Source of the DNA: the human T2T-CHM13v2.0 reference genome, Homo sapiens
Strand: one strand, 5' to 3'
Assembly (NCBI RefSeq): GCF_009914755.1
Contig: NC_060928.1
DNA length: 64,000 nucleotides
The notes beneath the pieces are model-generated. The model made no database searches. It had not been told where the DNA came from and saw only the letters and a program-made list of their open reading frames with translations. Position numbers and translations under genes: made by a program. Each line of letters starts with the position of its first letter. Position 1 is the first letter of the stretch. Below are positions 1 through 14,167 of this stretch, piece after piece.

Positions 1-319
1 TTTTCATATTACTTAGCTTAATAAACACTTGTGCTAGATTTTTGATCTGCTATGTAAAAGATTTTAGATAGTCTCGCACCAGATTAGAAATACTCATAAT
101 AGTCTGTATTAGATCCACAAATATTGTCCATTCACGACAACAAAAAACAATGTGACTAGATTTTAGGAAAATATATTCTGTGGTTGTGATCTGTTTTCCT
201 GAGAAACAGACCACTTTTATAATATTTAATGTTTAATATAATAGCACCTGTTTGGAATTACAGTAAAGATATCAGTGTAACAGGAAGTATATTTAGGGAG
301 TGATTAATGATGTGCTATT

Positions 320-405
320 GACTGAAAGTGCTGGTTGGAAACATTGGTGGTGCTGTTGATTCCGACTGAAAGCGCTGGTTGGAAACATTGGTGGTGCTGT
401 TGATT
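320..405. repeat. 44-bp-period tandem duplication (2 x 42 nt)
   Basis: gactgaaagYgctggttggaaacattggtggtgctgttgatt at 320-361 and 364-405, one mismatch. Confidence 0.95.
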
Positions 406-1139
406 ATTATTTAATGATTTTTTTTCTGGATTGCTGAATAATTGACACTGATGAGAAGGTGACTCAGCATTGATTTTATGTTTCCCAGACTGGGTTTTTG
501 AAATGTCAATAGCAGTAGCACCTTATTAAGTGCATCACAGACAGAAGTAAATGTTTCTAGTAGAGACTTCTCTAAAGGTTTATTAGTGATTAAATATGTT
601 AGTTCCTTATAAAAATAGTAGAAATTACTATTCTCCATTTACACACAAAACAGAAGAATAAGATTTTTCTCTTAAGGTATTTTTAGATAGTGACAGAATT
701 AGAAATAGGACTCAATATAACCTTGTTTTGGAGGAAAAGCATAATTATGCTTTAAATTTGTGTCATATGAAAACATAGTTTTAAAGGCTGTGTTTTATTA
801 ATGAATTTATCTTTTAAATTAACTCGTGTTACTTTAAATAGGATCTGCATTTTTAATATAAAGAGCATAATTGGGAAAGAAATATAGAATTGATTTTATT
901 TCATTAGTATTTTTATTTAATAAAATAAGTAGATTGTAACAAATGATAGTCCCAGTAATAATAAAAACATTGTGGGGCACATATGCAAATGGAGAAACAA
1001 GTATCTTAATTTGTTCTACTTAAAACAATGAGGATAACTTTAGATTACCGTATTGTCTCTAGTTTTCTACCCCATTTTTTTTCAGGTAACCTATATTTCA
1101 TCCTTACTCTATTCAACAACTGGTGTTTGTGTACCACAT

Positions 1140-1395
1140 AGAATATTCAAATTGCAGATCCTGAAAGAGACAGACGATAAACAGTTCAATTTTGTGATTT
1201 GTGACAAGTGTTTTAAAAATGAAATAATAAGCTATAATGAGATAGAATACCAGAGTACATCTCGCATAATGTTACTATACAATACTATAATGTATTGTTT
1301 TATAAAACGTCTGTTTTATGTATGTTTTATATATGTTTTACACATCTAAGTATATGTTCTGGGTCGCAATGTAACGCATATTTTAGATCAAATGG
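1140..1395 (+). mobile_element. MER112-like hAT-Charlie relic
   Basis: ttcaaattgcagatc...tagaataccagagtacatctcgcataa...ctgggtcgcaatgtaa resembles the recalled MER112 consensus. Confidence 0.6.
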
Positions 1396-1879
1396 AGGAG
1401 CTACTGATCTATTCAGAGATCTACCCTGTAAATTATTCCTCTATCACAAATTAGTTTTTAATTAATTAATCAAATATTTATTATGTGCCTGCTGTGTCTG
1501 TGAAAATTAACCACAAAAATATAATTTACATCATACTATAAATGAGTTGACATTTGGAGTAAGATATGTTCCAAATAAAAAAGAGAACTGGCAAAATGAA
1601 TATGTCCTGGGGCATTGTTTTGCAGTACTAGCATTTCATTTCTTTGACATCTTGAAACTATAATATACACTATTATAATTTACTTTCATGTGAGAAATGG
1701 TTCTAAATGTTTTTATGTTGTAAAAGTAAGGTTTGTAAACAGTAAAGGGATGTGCGTTGAAGGTCTGCTGTAGTATGTCTGTTTTGCACCAACGGGACAA
1801 TTTCTATCTCAGAGCATGTAAACCATCTATGGATGGCTCAGCAATGCTTCTTATATTCACCATTGACTAAAGTTTATTT

Positions 1880-2000
1880 CCATTTTTAAACAAATATTTT
1901 GCAGCAATTACCAAGTGACAGGTAGCATCTAAACTGCTCAGAGTACAATGATCAAGATATGATGTGCGCTGGAGATTTTAGTCTAATAGTAGACACTGAA
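1880..2000 (-). mobile_element. L2 3'-end fragment
   Basis: aacaaatattttgcagcaattaccaagtgacagg...agtctaatagtagac, typical antisense L2 tail. Confidence 0.5.
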
Positions 2001-3062
2001 ATATTTTAATTTTTTATTCTGTGTGTTTCACTTTGGTCTATAAGGAATAAAAAGAAGGCTCCCAGCAACAAGGGAAAAATTAGCTAATATATAGAATCAT
2101 TTTGTCACATTTCTGCAGATCAGTGTGTGAGAAACTGATTGATTTGAAGAAGATAGAAAGTGTCGACCCTAAGAATACAGGGATATAAAGTCAAAGAAAG
2201 TTGTTGGGTCTCTATTAGCCTCCAGATAATTTATTAAGCTTCCTAGAGAGATGAGCTATGTGGAAACTGTTGGCTGAAATATGTTTGGGTATAAATATGA
2301 AATGGAAAAACTATACTTATATCACTCCACATCTTATTTTCAAGTTCTTTAAAACCACTTCCAATTTTGTTGTCTTGAGTGGAAGGATAAAGTGGGGCAT
2401 TAGAAATGTTCATAAATGCCAGTCTCATTAGAAACTGTCATTCCACAGACAATGTTAGATTGCTTCCAGTTTCAGCCTAGATCACCATTATGATGACCTT
2501 GTAGACAAGTGTGCATTTCTTTTGGAATCTGCTAGACTGATTTTGCATTTAAAACAGCTAAAGAATTCTACGCATATTTCCTCTGTCATGCACAATCTGT
2601 CCTTTAATAGCCTTCTGCTTTCCTGTTGAGAACCTGCTGAAATGCTCTTATGCATAAAAACAGATGCCCCAAAATTCCCTCTCACAACCGTTTTTACATT
2701 TATGAAAGTAGATTTCACTTTCTTGAAGTAAATTCAAGATGCTCAAAGATAAACAAAATACCTCAATACAGTAAAACTTGCTTCAAGCTGACTAAATCAA
2801 TATGTTCAGATACAAGTATTCTTCAGATTGGCAAATGTATAAATCACCTATTTCATTAAATAAATTATAAAATTTGTACAATGCTATCTATATACTTGTA
2901 ACTTAATGCAATTGAGCAGCAAGGTCTGACTGCAAACCTAAGAAGCTCAATCTGGGCTAAGTAATAAATTTTCAAATAAAAGTTCAAGAGTAATTCAAGT
3001 ATAATAAAAAAAACAAGAATAAATACAAAAGAACGTAGTAGAAGATAAAAGTGAAAATCTTC

Positions 3063-3176
3063 ATTTTCTTTCTTTCTTTCTTTCTCCTTCCTTCCTTCCT
3101 TCCTTCCTGTCTTTCTTTCTTTCTTCCTTCCTTCCTTCCTTTCCTCTTTCTTTCTTTCCTTCTTTCCTTCTTTCCT

Positions 3177-3236
<60 letters not shown>

Positions 3237-3290
3237 TCCTTCTTTCCTTCTTTTCTTTTCTTTTCTTTTCTTTTCTTTCTTTTTCTTTCT
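3063..3290. repeat. (TTTC)n/(TTCC)n/(TTTTC)n polypyrimidine microsatellite derived from an Alu tail
   Basis: About 230 nt of almost pure C/T abutting the Alu 3' end. Confidence 0.95.
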
Positions 3291-3291
3291 T

Positions 3292-3631
<340 letters not shown>

Positions 3632-4109
3632 TAAACTATTCAATATATTAGTAAATTGAAACAGAGAACCTATGTAACAAATATGATAAATACCTCTAAG
3701 GTCACTGTTACCTGGAAGGTGTTCATGTCTCAACCCTACATGATCATAAGTTCCTCTTCCTTAAGTTTTGGAGAATTAGGTGCTACCATAGAATTATTTT
3801 TAAAATGCAGCAGAGAATAGAGCAAGGCTGCCATATATAGGCATTTTCTCCCGCTTATTCCAAAATCATTATCTTTAATTATTATTTTGAATAATGATAA
3901 TGGTGCATACTATTATTGTACTCTCAAGTTGTCATGAAAATTCACATTTGGAACTTAAGACTACTGGAGAGTCATAGACTAAACCCGTGGAGGTGTCTAG
4001 GGGCCTTCTCAGTGTAGCTACCTCACTAGAACATTTCAGGACTTGTCTTAGCAAATGAACTCATTGTGCCTTGTTACAGACTTAGAAGAGATAAGTTTCA
4101 TTAAACAAA

Positions 4110-4663
4110 GACTAGCGTGTTTCTGATTACTACTGCTCCAGAACAGGCCTCCTCTAACTTATTTGATTATGCTCATGGATTTTGTGAATCAGAAACGCAG
4201 ATAGGGCCTAGTAAAGATGGCTTCCCCTGCTACGTGATGGCCAGGGCCTCACCTGGGAAGATGGTGTCTAGGGGTAAATAGATAACTAGAGGATGAATTC
4301 ATTTGCAGAGATCTTTACTCATACATCTGCGGGTAGCTGCTGGCCATTAGCCGGAGCATATAAGCATGGCTTGTCCCCATGACCTCGCTTCATACTGTAG
4401 AAAGCCCAGCACAGTAAGACAGCTTACCTGGCAGCTCAGGAATCCAAAGGCAGGTGACCCAAGAAACTAGGAAGAAGCTGCATGGCCTTCATTTTAGTAC
4501 CCACTAAAGCTAAATAGTATCACTTTCTTGTATTCTATTGCTTGAAGATAACCTGTATAGTTATTATATGACCTAGATTCAATTCAGTGAGAAGGGACAT
4601 AGACCTCCAACACTTGATAGAAGCGTCAAAGAATTTACAGACAGATTTCAGAACCCCACCACA
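4110..4663 (-). mobile_element. MLT1H/G-like MaLR solo LTR
   Basis: gaagctgcatggcc...tcactttcttgtattctattg...gggacatagacctcc...gtcaaagaattt...accaca. Confidence 0.75.
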
Positions 4664-5133
4664 GTGGGTAAGCACTCCGTAGCTGAGATGCCAGAGAACT
4701 GCGAAGGCAGTCCTGGGGTGGGGGTGGGGGGTGGGTACTAGTTCTGTGGATGGAAAGGAAGAGGCAGCACTCTGTTCACAAGATTATATGCTTAGGACAT
4801 GATCTAGCAACACTGGCATTTCTGAATATCCCTAATGTCCTATCCATTCCATTCGTCTACTCAAGACAACAGAATTACAAATACCTGCAAAGAATTTGAA
4901 AATAAAATGTGAAATGATGTGTAACTTTGCCAGTTCGCATTTATACTCAAGCATACCTTATTATACCAAGTAGTTTCTTTGTCTCTTACTCTCTGGGACA
5001 CTCTCTGTCCTTCTCTAATTAATCTCAATGCCAGTATTACAGATACCTGGAAAGTCATCCAGAGAAAATTATCATTCAATTGTCCCACTTCTATAGTATA
5101 ATTCTCCAAAACAATTGAAATTACCATTGAGTC

Positions 5134-5169
5134 ATACACATGCGCACGCACGCAGACACACACACACGC
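5134..5169. repeat. (CA)n/(CG) alternating purine-pyrimidine tract
   Basis: atacacatgcgcacgcacgcagacacacacacacgc. Confidence 0.8.
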
Positions 5170-6766
5170 TCAGATATATGAAAAGAAAAACATTAGCAAA
5201 CCCATAAACAAATAGTGAGATAATAGTTTTCAAGGAAAAAATAAGCTTTCGAACTTTAGAAAAGAAAAATTGAAATTAGTTCTAAATTGATTTACGCATG
5301 TGTATGTAAATATGTATGTTATATATATTCTACATATAATAAACACATAGGTGATTGAAATGATAGAGGTACATATGCCTGAATAGTTATGATATGTGTA
5401 TTATATGTATGTGTTTATATGCACAGAGCAATAAATATGACTAGGCAAAATTTAAAAAATTAATACTAGTGTCATTATCTGTTAATTTGTATGTTTTCTT
5501 ATTCATTGTCATAGAATTCCTGGCATTATTTTTCTAAATGTATAATATGGGACTAAACCTAATGAATACTCTTTCAATGCAAAGGCACACCTACATACTC
5601 TAAGTGGTTGCTATTCAACCAGGAATATGTTGGCAGAGAAGAATTAAAATCACTGCCATTTTACGGCTAACACACACTGATTTTCTGGATGGAACATTTG
5701 GTTACACTATACTTTCATTAAATAATATAGTAATTATCACTTTTGCAAGATGTTATTCTATTCATTTGCATGTACTTTACCATGCTACATATTGGATACA
5801 AAATAATTAGATACTGAAAAAGAGGAGTTAAAATGTGGGTAAAAAATCTGCTGTGGCTTCCAACATAGGCAACTAGTAGAGACAGATGGAACTGTGTTCT
5901 TGGGATGTTTAAGGACTTTTAGAGTACTTTGCATCAGCAGCATCTAGAGACCAATTACTGAATACTCTCTGCAGGAGTCTTGCCTCAGGGTTTTTAAATG
6001 GATGAATAATATATAAACTCCATGGTTTCCCACTGAGAGAGACTGAAGCAGCATCAGAAAGAGTCTATTTGAGTTGAACTAAAAATGAAATAATTTGAAA
6101 TTTGACCTGAAGTCTTTTGTGTTTACATATGTAGTTGGTTGTAAGGTTGCAATGCAGGGGCATAATAAATAGAAAAAAAATGCTATAAGCTTTTTCCTTT
6201 TCTGAGTCTGGGTAAAAATGAATGAGAATGGAGAATTAATCTTTCAATTCATACCCCAAAAATAGTTTATAAAATAATTTCTAATATGTTACTGGAAGAA
6301 ATTTTCTGCATTTTTAAAGCCCTAAAGTATCTTGGAGCACCTTATAGATTGTTTATTTCAAACTCTTCATATTACATATTAGTTTCTAGACACCTGAGAA
6401 GCTTAATGAATACACAGTTATTAACAGAGATGGCACAATATTTGGATGCTCATGCTACTCTATCTCACTTCTGAGATCACATTATATAATAACTACAAAA
6501 TAATAATATCTTCAACAATAACAATACAATGAAATATTCATTTACATTGTCTCATTTTAACAACAATACTCTGTGGTGTGCCAGTATTAATCATTTTAAT
6601 AGTGAGAAAGATAAGAGAAGCAGACCCAAGAATCTGTACCAGGCCTGAGAGTTCAATGTCTTTGCTGAAACTTATAAAATCTACCTGTGCATGTTTTCTG
6701 AAAGAGTCAGATTGTACCGCAAGGTCAGTAAGATGCATAAAGTCACGTTGAAGACTTCGATAGCCC

Positions 6767-6900
6767 GTTCATTCATTTATTCATTTATAAGTATTTATGA
6801 AGCACATATCTCTCCCATATGCCAAGCAAGGAGATGGGGCTAGGGATAAATCAGTGAACAAGACACAGGTAGTCCTTGGCCCATGTAGTCAGGACCTTAT
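6767..6900 (-). mobile_element. L2 3'-end fragment
   Basis: ttcattcatttattcattt...gtatttatgaagcac...gataaatcagtgaacaagacac. Confidence 0.7.
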
Positions 6901-7849
6901 GTTGTCAAAAACAAAGACAAAAAAAAACTGCCTTGGGAAATTAACCAAGCTGCTGTTATGGCATTTTACATGTGAGAAAACAGTAGTAACATTAGCATGG
7001 ACAAATTCTAACCTAGGTCTCGTAATTTCTAGAATGAGTTAGTGTTCCCACACCAGTAATCAAATTATTATTACTTAATAAGAATAATCATCATTTAATT
7101 CAAATTAAATAATTAAGAGCTTGGTTGGCTTCAATTTAGGTGTGTAAATAAATTTTATGAATTATCCATGGTCTGCCTTTCCATTTTTCCTTGCTTTTTT
7201 TTATTATTTATTTAGTGGGTAAAAACAAACAAACAAAAAAAGGTGAGGTAAATACTGATGTAGAAAATTTTAAATAATTACATTTTGATGACTAGTTGTG
7301 GTTTCTTTTAAAAGAATCATTTGGAGTAATATGGACTGTGTGTTATTACTCATCCAAGTTCTGGCTCGTATTGACAATTTGAGTAATAAAAGTTTGTGAG
7401 ACTAGGAGTGAAAAATCTGGACTGGAAGGGAAGACCTCTGCCTACTCTCTTGAGTATGAAGTTTACCAGGATGGTTGCTCTCTAGACAAAACTCATAAGC
7501 AATGCATTCAAAGAGAATATGTGTAGACTAGGAGATAAAATAGGCTGGAAAGATAAGGTTTATCTTGTAAACACTGAATTTATTTTGCTTTTGATATTTC
7601 CTACCTTAAGGAGTTTTTAAAAATTATCTCTTTTTTATTTCAACTGTCTTCAGATCGTTAAGGAAAAAGTTCTATGTCAACACTTGTACCAATAACAAAA
7701 GTGATTACAGAGGCAATATGATGATGGCATTGGTGTTCCTCAAAAGAAATATGGAAATTGAAAGATGAATATCTAAGCATTTTAATGTTAGAGCATTCTT
7801 ACACAAATGTGAGGAAGCAGGTTTTATTTTATAATGGAAGGCTGAAATT

Positions 7850-7965
7850 TCATTCATTCATTTATTTCCAAATATCCATTGAGTGGTTCTAACCTGCCAG
7901 GTACTATGTTAGGCTATAGGATCATAACAATGGGGAACACGGAAGCGGTCTATTCACTCATAAAG
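7850..7965 (-). mobile_element. L2 3'-end fragment
   Basis: cattcattcatttattt...attgagtggttctaacctgccaggtactatgttaggc. Confidence 0.7.
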
Positions 7966-8467
7966 TCAGCATCACAGCTATCACCTTACACAGCTTAGGT
8001 TAGGTTAAGAAAAAATTGCGTATTATTTTTTCTTAACTAACAAACCCTTTTATCAAATGACTTTTATGTAGATCCCCAAAATATAAAATCCATTAGTGTG
8101 ATATTTACTTTTATAGATATTATATCTAAGTGCACATTTCTAATATTGGCTTATAGAGGTGTTCAATAAAACCAATGAGATTTTTTGAAGGAAAAAAATT
8201 GAAAATGGAGATCATAAATGATAACTCAGAAACTCACACTTCTGTCAGCTTCAAAATCCAATTTATCTCTATATTTTAGTTTGGCTGCACTGTCACTCAG
8301 AGTAAGCAGTCTGAATCCTGACATGTACAATAGTATTCAATATTACTTTTTTATTTTAAAAAATGTTGGCAATTTGAAGAAACTTTTTAATTAATTTCTT
8401 AATACACCTGAAAGATTAGTAGGAAGAAATTTTTGTTTCAAATCCAAATAGATCTAACACATGCTCG

Positions 8468-8690
8468 CAGTATAATAGTTCAGAGTTTAGCATTTGAGGT
8501 GAAAAACTTTGTTTTTATTTCTAATTGGCATCTTACTGAATGTGCAGTCATGGGAAAACTACTTAACTGGCCTATGATTCAGTTTCCCTAATTCTAAAAT
8601 GGAGATGGTAATACCAGAGTTGCCTGAAGAATTACATAAAAAATATGTAAAACTACTTGGGTCATACTAAATGTTTAATATAACATGCTT
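8468..8690 (+). mobile_element. MIR SINE
   Basis: Core tgtgcagtcatgggaaaactacttaac...tcagtttccctaattctaaaatggagatggtaatac. Confidence 0.75.
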
Positions 8691-10327
8691 AGGTTTTAAT
8701 CTTATTTATTAAATAAAAGTCATGGTTGGGGAAGTACGTTTATCCCAGTGTCTGAAATCCAGCATAGTTCAAGTCACCAAATTTGTTTAACAACTGTGTG
8801 TCTGCATGCGCAAAGAGGTGGTAACAGTAACAAAGAGGCTGCCAAGTCCCATGCTTGGTGGGAGAATTCAGTCAAAGACACATATCTAACTTACTATTAT
8901 GCTTTTAATCTTAGACTTGCTAGTAAGAACTAATAAACATCAAAATGTTATATATGTAACATTTAAGAGAACATCAAATACACTATTTTTTAAATATCAA
9001 ATATACCCATACATAATAATAATTTTATTATCTTTCCTTGGCTTAAATTCTGGTAAATTTCCAAAAAGAAAAATCAAGTGTTTTTCAACAGTGTTTTGAA
9101 TTAAAACTTGATTATTTTTGCAAGACATTTTTTGTTTCCCACTAACTCAAATGTAAATAATATTTTGAGAGTTTCAATGGGTTGCTACCACTAACAGAAA
9201 GAGCAATTTTAAAAGTTTAAACAGACACTGTCTTGGAACTTCGGCTAAGGAAAATTACTAAAAACTAAAAGATATTCACTTTTATGTCAGAAATAGATTA
9301 TGTCAAACAGAAAAAGTACTTTTACTAGGAAGGACAATTACATTGCATGACCAAATTCATGAAGGTTACAGATTCGTTTCCTGAACTGCTAACTCAGGAT
9401 AACCAATATTTCCAACACTTACTTGGTACCAGGTTTAACCGACAAAAATGTGATACATATGATATGTAGCTAGAGATTATTCATAACCTTAACTGACCTT
9501 TAAAAAAAACTTTCTGAAATAGGTCTCTAACCTCTTCTCAGAGGAGGCTTATCAGCAAGTTTAGCTAAATAGGCAGTGAGTTCCGTGCTGCATTTTGATA
9601 AGAATGCCCCCTGTTTAGAAAGCTTCATGGAAGTATTGCCAGAAATGCAATTATTTGATTAATGTTAGAACCTATATTAAGGGCATTAATAGCTTTTTAG
9701 TCCATGAGTCCTCAATTAAAATTCAGACTCTGAGTAAAGCCTTGTTTCCTCATACCCTCCCCTTCCAAGCTCAATCCTCTTGACAAATATTCACTCTCCT
9801 TTTAAGATTCGGTTGCTATTTGGATCACCTTAAACTCTCTCCCTCCAAAATTCTTCCCAGCTAGAATGTAGGTCTCTCTGTGTTTTTTTAACCTATATAT
9901 TTTACCTGTACATACTTCTAGTACAGCTCTTTAAGAAAGAAAATATGTCAATTATCTTTTATCCCACAGAACCAAGCACTATATTCTTTGTATATAGCAA
10001 CATAATTGTATTTGTATGAAAGAAGTGGGCAACCAAAATAAAATGTATTCACTGCCTTATTTTTGTCAGGCACTGTACAAAGCTCTTGAAATAAGAGCTC
10101 TTTAAGATACGTAATATTACGATTCCTTCATGAAGATATTGTCAGCCTTGCTATATAGAAGTAACGACTGGGGATTACATAAGTTAAATATAAAACCCAA
10201 GTTTTTGATTCACAGCATCAGGATACAAATCCAAATTTCTTTCTCATACTCTCATGACATTTTCTTTTGAGAACCTGATACTGAGATAATTAACCAAGTC
10301 TTTTCTCAGCATTCTCTCCATATGCCC

Positions 10328-10870
10328 TCTATTGGTCAGGGTTCTGCAGAGGGACAGAACTAACAGGATAGATGAATATATGAAGGGAAGTTTATTGAGT
10401 ATTGACTCACATGGTCGCAAGGTGAAGTCCCACAATAGGCCTTCTGCAAACTGGGGAGCAGGGAAGCCAGTCCGAGTCCCAAAACCACAAAAGTTGAGAA
10501 GTCAACAGTGCAGCCTTCAGTCTGTGGCCAAAAGCCCAAGAGCTCCTGACAAACCACTGGCATAAGTCCAAGAGAGCAAAAGCTGAAGAACTTGGAGTCT
10601 GATGTTCAAGGGTAGGAAGCATCCAGCATGGGAGAAAGATGAAGGTCAGAAGACTCAGCAAGTCCAGTCCATCCATGCTCTTCTGCCTGCTTTATTCTAG
10701 CCGCACTGGCAGCTGATTAGGTGGTGCCCACCCGTATTGAGGGTGGGTCTGCCTTTCCCAGTCCACTGACTCAAATGTTAGTCTCCTTTGGCAACACCCT
10801 CACAGACACACCCAGGAACAATACTTTGCATCATTTGCAATCAAGTTGACACTCAATGTTAACCATCATA
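10328..10870 (-). mobile_element. MLT2A2-like HERV-L solo LTR
   Basis: About 540 bp from tctattggtcagggttct to caagttgacactcaatgttaaccatcata; 5-bp TSD TGCCC/CACCC. Confidence 0.92.
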
Positions 10871-11548
10871 CACCCTCACTGAACACCTCATGGAGGCGCC
10901 TGGTAGCTAGCTAGACAGCAAGGGAGTGACTGTAATATGAAGACAGAATTCAGGAATCCTAGGAAAGGTAGCTAAAGGGAAAGAGAGCAATCAGAGTGGA
11001 TGCCTGGCAGGTTTTTACAGTATAACAAATTAAGCATGCTCACATGCTGAAGGGTAAGACTCACAAGTTGAGAAAAGGCTAAAATATAGGCAAAAGGTGA
11101 GGTAACCATAGGACAAATCTATGACAAAGCAAGAAGAAAAGAGACTCAAAGAAGAGTTCCAAGTACCATCGGTCAAGAGGCAGGGCAGTCGCTTGCAGGG
11201 AACTTGGCAAAGATGAGAAGGTGTCACTCCAGCTCTACACTCCTGACTGCTGAAGCGAGGAGGCTTAATGTATCCAGCACAGTCTTACTATTAGCTGGTT
11301 AACACTTTCTAGGCCAGTAAATTTAATTGTATCCTTATCTGTGGCCACCAAATTCTCTCCTGTCCTCTCTCCCCTCTGCTGTGTCTTTTGGCCCTTGAAA
11401 CCTTAGACTCCTCCCGCTTTTGTCCTCCAGAGGACAATGGTGTCCTGTGTGATTGGTCCAGCACTCTATATACTATACGGTTCTGCTGCTGGACAGAAAC
11501 AGAGCTTCAGCCTCTAAAGGTGGAGGAGGGATGGTGGGAAAATGCCTT

Positions 11549-11709
11549 TAGTACTTTGCTTTTCAATCATCAATGTGTAGATGGGAGTCTAATTAAAATG
11601 CAGATTCTGATTCTCTGGGTCTGAATTGGAACCTGTGAGTCTGCATTTCTAATAAGCTTCTATTGATGTTAAGGTTGCTCATCTGCAAACCACATTTTGA
11701 GTAGCAAGA
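11549..11709. mobile_element. MER5-family hAT MITE
   Basis: ttaaaatgcagattctgattc...tctgcatttctaataagct...accacattttgagtagcaag. Confidence 0.8.
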
Positions 11710-12287
11710 CTAGAGTTTCAAATCTAAGGGAAAAAAATTAAAGATGGTTCTACTTCTAATTCAAAATGTGGTGGTGAAATATCCTCTCCCTTTTTAGTTG
11801 GCCTCATAGAGGTGACTATCCCTTATCAAAACACTCTGAGAACCTCAAAGCTTGCCAAGAATTGCATAAAACATCTAAAAGTAATAAACTATACCGTTTG
11901 TGCGTTTTTGTATGTTATGACAACTAATAGAAATTTGACTCAGTGTGTAACTTCCACGGATCTGAATCTCTGTCATCACTGCTGCATTTTTTAGACTGAT
12001 TTTTAATCTCTCATACAAAAGTGTAGATGGAAATGTGAAAAAACAATTGTAATCCAAATATTCTGTACTCCCAATTCCTTCTTAAACAACTGTTATTCTA
12101 CTCACTTCCAGTATGTACTTTGACCTTACAAATTTTGCAAAAGGTCCATAGAATGTACTACAAGAGTACCAAATTTTACAAAATAGATGAATTTATGAGA
12201 ATTGGCTAAAGAGTCAATTTCTGTCTCTTGGATTTCTAGAAATAAGTTATATTTTTCTTTTAAATTTTATTAATAAATTATAGTTGT

Positions 12288-12570
12288 GGCCAGGTGCAGT
12301 GGCTCACGCCTGTAATCCCAGCACTTTGGGAGGCTGAGGTGGGAGAATCGCTTGGGACCAGGAGTTCAACACAAACCTGGGCAACATAGTGAGATATCAT
12401 AGCTACAAAATAAAAAATAAAAAAATTAGGCAAACACCTGTAGTTCCAGCTACTCAGGAAGTTGAGGTGGGGGGATCACTTGAACCCAGGAGTTCGAGGC
12501 TGCAGTGAGTTATGATCAGGCCACTCCACTCCAGCCTGGGCAACAGAGTAAGACCTTATCTCAAAAAATA
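12288..12570 (+). mobile_element. AluJ SINE
   Basis: J diagnostics (ctgggcaacatagtgag, gttcgaggctgcagtgag); tagttgt on both flanks. Confidence 0.95.
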
Positions 12571-12639
12571 ATTAATTAGTTGTACTTAGTGATACAGAAA
12601 TATTTTAAATATTTAATTTAAAATGGTAACAATGTAGTA

Positions 12640-12790
12640 GCGATACTGGTGAACTCTTAGTAGAGATTTAGATCTAAATTCTATCTCAGCCACTGCTAGT
12701 GCTAAGATTTTGGGAAAATAACTTATTTGCACCTCAGTTCCCTCATGTGCAAAAGATTAAACTTATATTACATGATTCCTTTCAGTGTTA
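12640..12790 (+). mobile_element. MIR SINE
   Basis: ctcagccactgctagtg...cctcagttccctcatgtgcaaaa...tcctttcag. Confidence 0.6.
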
Positions 12791-13758
12791 TCATTATGTG
12801 ATTATTTAAACATGAAAAATAATTCTCAAAGCATGTTCAGTTAGTTTTCAATTTGAAACTGTAGTTTGAAAATAAAATGTAAAATCACAGTGACTTCCTA
12901 AAAGATAATAGCTAAGCTAAAAAATAAAGTGCCTTTCAATCAGTCTAAAATTCTCTCCTGCAGGATACTGTATCTTTTAATTTCTAATCAGTTTATTGAA
13001 GCTGCTGATTCATTTATAGGTTGGTCATTGTAAGAGGGATTTATAGTAGAAACTTACAGAATCTGAAGTCTGAAATGCAGCAGTCAATGAATAAGTATTT
13101 AAGCACAATTATTGAATTCAATGAAGAGTAAATTAATGAATAGTAATGGTTCGATTATAAGTTTCTGCCAGAACTCCTGAAACTGCATAATGATTTCCCT
13201 CCCTGATTTATAATGATAAGCATATGCTTATTATGTTCTTATAAAATGAGGCAAATTCTTTGCACATCAAAATTACCTGATGATTTTTCTAAAAATACAG
13301 CTACTGGATCCACCCCTGTGGGAACTGATTGAATGTGAAAAACAACAAAGCTTGAAAAACCCTCTAATACATCATTTAATCAGTCATGCCTAACACCAGC
13401 TTTCATGATTCATCCACAGTGTGTGACTTGAAGCATCAGAAGTGTCAGTCTTATTATTAGGTCCCTGTTCAGCATCTTTCTGTCATACAGAGCACATGTA
13501 GTATTGGGCTTAGTGTCTATGAAATAGTTATGTAACAATTATTCAAAAAATCCCTGGGCATATCAGAAGTTACTTTCTTATAATCCTCATTTTTCTCTGA
13601 AGCTGAAGAATCACTGTGGTCATTATTTTTAGATATTCTCTGGTAGTGCAGAAAAATACGAAAGGAAAGGGTGATTACCATGTTCTAAGTTGTCACTTTC
13701 CTGTTTTATGAAGACAAACTCATAAGAAGACATAGGTTCTAGTGGTAAATTTTGGTAA

Positions 13759-14167
<409 letters not shown>

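Noticed and set aside
307-369. Possible C/D-box snoRNA (atgatg...ctga)
   Set aside because: Imperfect C box, no terminal stem, and the second CTGA comes from the tandem duplication.
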